From: Elusimicrobiota bacterium
Lineage (GTDB): Bacteria > Elusimicrobiota > Endomicrobiia > CG1-02-37-114 > XYA2-FULL-39-19
Assembly (NCBI GenBank): GCA_018816525.1
Contig: JAHIVV010000037.1
Location: 1-63,717, forward strand
DNA length: 63,717 bases
Direction: 5' to 3'
The position numbers and the translations under genes are program-made. This document shows positions 58,670 through 63,717 of the stretch, piece after piece; within the stretch, counting starts at the first letter, position 1; each line of letters begins with the position of its first letter. The notes under the pieces are model-generated. The model did no database searches, was not told the origin of the DNA, and saw nothing but the letters and a program-made list of their open reading frames with translations.

Positions 58670-59434
58670 CTAACCGATTTTGAGGTTTTCTTTTTTGCAC
58701 CTTTGTTTGGCCCAATCCCAGGTATATTCATAAAGATGCATGCCTTTGCTTACAGCAATTATTTCACCGTCTTCCACGCCGATTTCCTCAGCCATATACT
58801 GTTTTACCAATTGTAAGCCGCCGAGGTTTGAGGGAAACCCACCCCATAAATCCCACGAGCGGAAATAAATAATGAAGTGAAGTTTGCCGTAACGGATCCG
58901 GGTATCAATAAGGCGCATGCAAGGCGGGTCAATCAATTTTATATCGGAAGGCATTCCTATTTCCATCACTGCCTGGTTTGTACCGTGGCCGTGGGTTTTG
59001 TACATTTTTATTACTTCTTCAACCTGGTTAACATGCAAAGGCATTTCCCGCAGCATTTCTTTGCCGCTGATATTATCCATAAACCTTATTTTTGCGTCAA
59101 CCAGCCTTTCGCCATAGGTATAATCTTCAGTCGCTGTTTTTGCCCCGGTTAAAAGATAACTTAAATAATCATTTATATATTCCATGCTTGTAGGGGAAGG
59201 AATTCCGCAGCCCTCGGGCATTATCGGAATAATCTGGTGGCCGGGTTCCTTTACCCTGATGGTAACAAAATCAAACTCCAGCCTTCTTTGTCCTTCATAG
59301 CTTCCTCTGGTAATTGTGTAAACGTGCCCCTTCTCTAATAGGGCGTTCAGCGCCTGGAACCAGGCATCGTCCAAATCGAAGGTGTCAAGGTGCACGGGTT
59401 TTAATAATTCTTTGTGAAGGTTTTTGGATTTCAT
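58670..59434 (-). CDS. Thymidylate-synthase-fold enzyme, divergent (archaeal/methanogen-type ThyA-like)
   Basis: NQVEEVI.., DPPCMRL (catalytic Cys), GKLHFIIYFRSWDLWGGFPSNLGGL, GMHLYEY align with ThyA DQL.., PCH, YQRSxD..LGxPFN, HLY. SD aggag lies 6 nt before ATG 59434; the ORF-track start 59506 is rejected. Confidence 0.62.
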   Translation of the reverse strand: MKSKNLHKELLKPVHLDTFDLDDAWFQALNALLEKGHVYTITRGSYEGQRRLEFDFVTIRVKEPGHQIIPIMPEGCGIPSPTSMEYINDYLSYLLTGAKTATEDYTYGERLVDAKIRFMDNISGKEMLREMPLHVNQVEEVIKMYKTHGHGTNQAVMEIGMPSDIKLIDPPCMRLIDTRIRYGKLHFIIYFRSWDLWGGFPSNLGGLQLVKQYMAEEIGVEDGEIIAVSKGMHLYEYTWDWAKQRCKKENLKIG

Positions 59435-59643
59435 AATTGGCTCCTGATTAATTTTGAGGCTGAGTTGCTGTTGGGCTATTCTATTAAAAAAATAATAAGT
59501 TTTCAACCTGTTAATAACACCTGTTGTTATGATATTAAGATGTTAAAGTATTTAATTTTTTAAAATGTTAAACTTTTTGAAAGTTTCTACACCAATTTTA
59601 GAAAAGGAGCTTTCAAAATGGGTGAATAAAAATCATAACAACT

Positions 59644-59850
59644 ATGAAAGATATTCAAAGATACAAAATAATCCAAGATGTAACACAAAAACGAATGACC
59701 GGCCTGCAAGCAGCTGAAATCCTTAACCTAACCAACGTTCAAATATGTACAATACAAAGGAAATATGGTATAACAGAAAATGGAAATGAAGATATTAAAT
59801 ATATTTTTACTATTAGTTGCCGTTTCTTTTTGCTGCAATTTATGCAGTGA
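59644..59850 (+). pseudogene. Remnant of a transposase N-terminal HTH domain (about the first 52 codons), then unrelated read-through
   Basis: MKDIQRYKIIQDVTQKRMTGLQAAEILNLTNVQICTIQRKY matches the ..QRY.VI..V......T..AAEIL.LS.RQV.R..KKY N-termini of rve/DDE transposases. No catalytic domain follows. Confidence 0.4.
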
Positions 59851-60175
59851 ATATTGTATTGCTGAATACAATGAGTCTCGCTGTGGGGAGTATTCAGATA
59901 TAGAGAATTGTGAATATATATTATCAGATGAATCTAACATGAAACCGCTATTTTTATATAATAGAGTGCTGATCAAGCAATATCTTCTTTATCAAAATCC
60001 ATTTCTTTCTAAAATAAAGAAACCTCCCAAAACATCAATTTAACCATTTTCAATTTCTTAAAAGCCATATCAAACTGAAACACGTCAAGAGATTCATAAA
60101 ACTGATATTTTGACAGGGCTAAATCCTCAGCGGGTTTAACGATGAAGATTAGCTTAAACATAAGGAGGCAGGAAA

Positions 60176-61054
60176 ATGTACGAAGATGATATAAATGAGA
60201 GCATAAATAGGGCAAAAGAGAAAATACAGTCTGCAATGAAGAAAGGTTCCATGCGGTTTGTGATTATTGGTATAGGTATTCTGGTGTTTTTTATGTATTT
60301 AACGCCATGGGTTCAGATTGGGCCGGGTATGAGGGGGGTTGTCCTTAATTTTGGCGCTGTTCAGAAGACTGTACTTGGAGAAGGACTGCATTTCAGGATA
60401 CCTCTAGTGCAGAATGTTGCCATAGTGGATGTAAAGGTTCAGAAATCTTTGACAAGCGCAGCTGCTTCATCGTCCAACCTTCAGGAAGTGAGTTCGGAAG
60501 TTGCCCTTAACTATCATATAATTCCAGATAAGGCAAATCTTGTCTATCAGTCCATCGGCGTAGAATTTAAAGAGCGCATCATAGATCCTGCAGTGCAGGA
60601 AGTGGTAAAAGCTGTGACAGCCAACTATTCAGCAGAAGAGCTTATCACAAAGAGGCCGTTGGTAAGCGAAGCAATGAGAGCAAACCTTGCCGAAAGACTC
60701 ATGCCTTACAATATAGCGGTTGATGCGTTTTCTATAGTTGGCTTTAACTTCTCCAAAATATATTTGGAAGCTATTGAGTCAAAGCAGACAGCAGAACAAC
60801 TTGCTTTGAAGGCAAAAAGAGACTTAGAGAGGATAAAGATAGAAGCAGAACAGAAAATTACGTCAGCAAGAGCAGAGGCCGAATCCCTGAGACTCCAGAG
60901 AGCGAATATTTCGACTGACCTTATAGAGCTGAGAAAAATAGAAGCAAATCTTAAGGCGATAGATAAATGGAACGGAATACTGCCCCAGGTTACAGGCAGC
61001 GGGGCAATACCATTTATTGGAGTGGGTGATATACAGGGTAAAATGAACGAATAA
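60176..61054 (+). CDS. SPFH/Band-7 (prohibitin-like) membrane protein
   Basis: Strong SD aaggagg, N-terminal TM, GMRGVVLNFG..GEGLHFRIPL, coiled-coil AE-rich C-terminus. Confidence 0.88.
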   Translation: MYEDDINESINRAKEKIQSAMKKGSMRFVIIGIGILVFFMYLTPWVQIGPGMRGVVLNFGAVQKTVLGEGLHFRIPLVQNVAIVDVKVQKSLTSAAASSSNLQEVSSEVALNYHIIPDKANLVYQSIGVEFKERIIDPAVQEVVKAVTANYSAEELITKRPLVSEAMRANLAERLMPYNIAVDAFSIVGFNFSKIYLEAIESKQTAEQLALKAKRDLERIKIEAEQKITSARAEAESLRLQRANISTDLIELRKIEANLKAIDKWNGILPQVTGSGAIPFIGVGDIQGKMNE

Positions 61055-61076
61055 TCATAAGAATTAGAAAATCCAA

Positions 61077-61331
61077 TTGGTTAGATATGTTATTCTGCTT
61101 ACTATTGCGGGTATTATAGGCAGTATTATATCCAGAAAAAAAGGGTATAATCCTGTTTTGTGGTTCTTACTGTGTGCAATTGTTCCATTACTTATTGTGA
61201 TTCTCGCAGTACTTCCAGCCAGAGTGTCTGCGGGCTATACTAAAAAATGTCGCTACTGTGCAGAAATCATTAAAGAAGACGCAATAATTTGTAAACACTG
61301 TAGCAGAGAACAACCCATTGATGCAACATAA
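61077..61331 (+). CDS. Small membrane protein with C-terminal zinc ribbon
   Basis: TTG start with no clear SD. Two TM helices, then CRYCAEIIKEDAIICKHC. Confidence 0.55.
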   Translation: MVRYVILLTIAGIIGSIISRKKGYNPVLWFLLCAIVPLLIVILAVLPARVSAGYTKKCRYCAEIIKEDAIICKHCSREQPIDAT

Positions 61332-61385
61332 GTCAATGCAATTTTAACAAGCGCAAGTTTATATGGAAAATATAACGGAGGGACA

Positions 61386-61712
61386 ATGGAAGATTTAGGC
61401 GGTTTTTTACCGCTAATAATGATTTTTTTTATTTTCTATTTTTTAATGATAAGGCCGCAACAGAGGAAGGAAAAAGAACGAAAAAAAATGATTGCTGCTT
61501 TAAAGAAAGGTGATAAGGTGGTAACCGCAGGCGGTATTTATGGTACTGTAACCGGTATAAAAATTGATATAGTTGAACTTAAAATAGATGACAATGCAAA
61601 AATACAATTAAAAAAGTCTGCTATCAGCCAGGTTATTGCGGACAATAAACCTGATTCATCTTCTTTACAAACAAATGATCAAAATAAACAAGGAACAGAA
61701 AAGAAATGTTAA
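61386..61712 (+). CDS. yajC: Preprotein translocase subunit YajC
   Basis: LMIRPQQRKEKERKKM..LKKGDKVVTAGGIYGTV. Confidence 0.85.
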   Translation: MEDLGGFLPLIMIFFIFYFLMIRPQQRKEKERKKMIAALKKGDKVVTAGGIYGTVTGIKIDIVELKIDDNAKIQLKKSAISQVIADNKPDSSSLQTNDQNKQGTEKKC

Positions 61713-62638
61713 CATCAACTTGGATTATTTTCAATGTATTTGTTGTGATTATGCTGATGCTGGACCTGGGTGTGTTTCATAAAGGAAACCGGGCCATAAG
61801 CATAAAGGAGTCATTGGTATGGAGTATAATCTGGATAGCGGTGGCTTTGGTATTTAATGGCGGATTATATTATTTTAAAGGAAGTGAGAAAGCTCTTGAG
61901 TTTTTGACCGTTTATATCGTTGAACGGTCTCTAAGTGTAGATAATATATTTGTATTCCTGCTTGTTTTCTCTTATTTTGGAGTTAAAGCTGAGTACCAGT
62001 ATAAAATACTTTTCTGGGGAATAATCGGTGCACTTGTGATGAGAGCGGTTTTTATTGTTGCAGGAGTTGCCTTGATAGCCAAGTTTCACTGGATGATATA
62101 TTTATTCGGTGGATTGCTTGTTTATATAGGAGTCAAGATGTGGTTTGAAGAGAACAAGGAAATACATCCGGAAAATAATATTGTGTTAAAAGTGTTTAAA
62201 AAGATATTCCCGGTATCTGACGAATATGTAAACGGCAGTTTTTTTGTAAAAAGTAACGGCAAATGCCTTGTGACGCCTCTTTTTCTTGTGCTTTTAGTTA
62301 TAGAAACAACCGATATTATTTTTGCGGTTGATTCTATTCCTGCAGCTCTTGCTATTTCAACGGATTCTTTCATTATCTACTCCGCCAATGTATTTGCGAT
62401 ACTCGGGTTGCGCGCTCTTTACTTCGCTTTAGCGGGCTGTATGCAGATGTTCAAATATCTTCAGTACGGGCTTTCATTGGTGCTTTCTTTTGTAGGTGTT
62501 AAGATGATTCTTGCTGATGTTTATAAAATATCGATAACTGCTTCACTTGGATTCATAGCGGTAGTGCTAAGTATTTCAGTTATTCTTTCGTTTATTGGAA
62601 ATAAAAAAACGGGGCAGGGAAAAACAGGAAATGATTAG
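61706..62638 (+). CDS. TerC-family integral membrane protein
   Basis: 310 aa, about 9 TM, with E(R)SLSVDNIFVF and TDIIFAVDSIPA duplicated TerC motifs. Confidence 0.87.
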   Translation: MLTSTWIIFNVFVVIMLMLDLGVFHKGNRAISIKESLVWSIIWIAVALVFNGGLYYFKGSEKALEFLTVYIVERSLSVDNIFVFLLVFSYFGVKAEYQYKILFWGIIGALVMRAVFIVAGVALIAKFHWMIYLFGGLLVYIGVKMWFEENKEIHPENNIVLKVFKKIFPVSDEYVNGSFFVKSNGKCLVTPLFLVLLVIETTDIIFAVDSIPAALAISTDSFIIYSANVFAILGLRALYFALAGCMQMFKYLQYGLSLVLSFVGVKMILADVYKISITASLGFIAVVLSISVILSFIGNKKTGQGKTGND

Positions 62639-62666
62639 CAAAAATCCTGATGGAGTGTGTCCATAA

Positions 62667-62942
62667 ATACATATTTCAGCATTCGTTCATCCTACGGCAG
62701 TAATTATCGGAAACGTAAAAATAGGAAAACAGGTTTTTGTCGGGCCCGATGCTGTAATCAGGGCGGATGAACCAAAAAGTTCGATATTTATCGGAGCTAA
62801 CTGCAATGTCCAGGACAGGGTTATTGTTCATGCGTTGCAGAATACTTCAGTTTATGTAGATAATAACTCTTCCTTGTCTCATGGCTGTATTGTTCATGGA
62901 CCATGTAAAATAGGTAAAAAATGTTCCTGCTTATGCAGTTGA
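62667..62942 (+). pseudogene. Gamma-carbonic-anhydrase-like (Cam/CcmM-type left-handed beta-helix) gene fragment without a start codon, 3-prime end replaced by the IS-derived element
   Basis: Open frame reads ISAFVHPTAVIIGNVKIGKQVFVGPDAVIRADEPKSSIFIGANCNVQDRVIVHAL...SHGCIVHGPCKIG. The nearest ATG (62650) is in another frame. The frame runs into the element's inverted repeat and stops at 62940-62942. Confidence 0.6.
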
Positions 62943-63222
62943 CACCAGTAACTACAATATGTAGTATATAGGGGTATGGAAAACTACCCACGAAATATCA
63001 TGGACTTTGAAAAACGATTTAATTCTGAAGAAGCATGTGTTCAACATCTTAATTATTATTTGGATGAATTTACGTTTCGTTTTAATCGTAGAACATCCAA
63101 ATCCCATGGGATGCTGTTTTATCGTTTGGTACAGCAATCTCTGATGATTGACCCTGTTCATGTAAAAAATCTGACTTCTTAATCAACATATGGTATATAC
63201 TGGCAACAACTGCATAAGCAGG
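62926..63222 (+). mobile_element. 297-bp internally deleted IS1595-family derivative (MITE-like) with terminal inverted repeats
   Basis: Perfect 16-nt IR cctgcttatgcagttg (62926-62941) / caactgcataagcagg (63207-63222), extended imperfectly (ccagta). The internal ORF 62976-63182 fuses an IS1595 N-terminus (NIMDFEKRFNSEEACVQHL) to its C-terminus (YLDEFTFRFNRRTSKS..FYRLV). Confidence 0.7.
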
Positions 63223-63311
63223 TAATACTATTTATATAGCCGAATCGGATAATCCGAAGCGTTCCTGCTATTTATGGGAATGTAAGCTAGATTAATTACG
63301 GGAGGAATCAA

Positions 63312-63717
63312 ATGAAAGTAAAACGTTATGTACTGCGTGATTTAAAAACAGAAAGAGACTTGGGCGCGGATGAATACAAAAGGTCGGTTGCCGACCCGGA
63401 TATGTACAGGAACAGGGTCGGTTTTGACTGCCTGCTTTATATTGAAAAATACAAAAAACTTTTCTGCGGCCTGGCGGCGTTTGATAATGATATTTTTTAT
63501 ACTTTTGACCCGGCTACAAAGAAATACGAATCCCTTGGCTACAGCAAGATTGCTGAAAAATATGAGGTCAAGATCCACCGTTCTCTTACTTTTGACGGCA
63601 ATAAAACCATTTATACCGCCACCGCCTGCCTGCATGACGCTTCCTTATATATGGATGCTAAAGGCGGCAGGATCTTTTCCTATGATATTGAATCAAAGAA
63701 ATACGAGACCCTGGCTG
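63312..63717 (+). CDS. Hypothetical protein, 3-prime end beyond the window
   Basis: SD gggagg lies 7 nt before ATG 63312, and the frame is open for 135 codons to the window end. Periodic ..Y.FD..TKKYE.L.. repeats suggest a beta-propeller-like fold. Absent from the ORF track only because it has no stop. Confidence 0.5.
   Translation, partial: MKVKRYVLRDLKTERDLGADEYKRSVADPDMYRNRVGFDCLLYIEKYKKLFCGLAAFDNDIFYTFDPATKKYESLGYSKIAEKYEVKIHRSLTFDGNKTIYTATACLHDASLYMDAKGGRIFSYDIESKKYETLA

Noticed and set aside
60009-60236. A 75-aa minus-strand ORF overlapping the SPFH gene start.
   Set aside because: It overlaps the strong SD and ATG of the SPFH gene, has no motif, and lies in the AT-rich decayed patch. 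It is probably non-coding.
63342-63635. A 97-aa minus-strand ORF near the window end.
   Set aside because: It is antisense to a longer plus-strand frame that has a strong SD and stays open to the window edge. The plus-strand reading is preferred.
1-63717. CRISPR arrays, rRNA genes, prophage or integrase genes, and recognisable multi-gene defence systems.
   Set aside because: No regularly spaced direct repeats, no rRNA-like sequence, no integrase, recombinase or cas-like ORFs, and no cluster of unknown genes larger than one cistron was found.

Overview
This 63.7-kb window comes from a low-GC (about 40%) diderm bacterium. The diderm call rests on an LptD/OstA-like outer-membrane protein; I cannot assign the lineage by eye. 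Several enzymes are of the archaeal or split type (ApgM, methanogen-type ThyA-like, half-size CarB).

The window is almost entirely core metabolism, organised in very long co-directional arrays with overlapping or near-abutting start and stop codons:
1. hisD-hisB-hisA-hisI / trpE-G-D-C-F-(MNT insert)-B-A / accD / folC / lptD-like, then apgM, a TlpA-like protein, tRNA-Gly and queE.
2. nrdR-nrdJ-dcd-guaB(CBS-less)-guaA-purC-purS(tandem)-purL-purQ-purD-purM-purN-purB-purE-purA-carB(C-terminal half).
3. A minus-strand block: ald, then a MalK/MsmK-like ABC ATPase, a GAF histidine kinase and a ROK kinase.
4. A truncated pterin-binding methyltransferase gene, tRNA-Cys, tRNA-Val, then thrS-infC-rpmI-rplT-pheS-pheT-zapB-like-zapA-rarA-5FCL-rny-ymdB-ispA.
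5. A class-V aminotransferase, serA, and an ABC-2 exporter with a His/acid-rich TPR-like protein.
6. A more accessory-looking last 5 kb: a divergent ThyA-like gene on the opposite strand, an AT-rich stretch with transposase debris, SPFH / Zn-ribbon / yajC / TerC, a gamma-carbonic-anhydrase-like pseudogene cut by a 297-bp internally deleted IS1595-type miniature element, and an open-ended unknown ORF.

I found no rRNA, no CRISPR array, no intact mobile element, and no convincing multi-gene defence or otherwise novel system.

The observations most worth a second look are:
- the tandem (fused-dimer) PurS;
- the stand-alone C-terminal CarB half coupled to purA;
- the orphan MNT-type nucleotidyltransferase, with a decayed partner slot, wedged inside the trp operon;
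- the unexplained structured 221-nt spacer between trpC and trpF;
- the divergent ThyA-like gene next to IS debris;
- the IS1595-derived miniature element.

All functional calls are by-eye motif recognition and need database confirmation.
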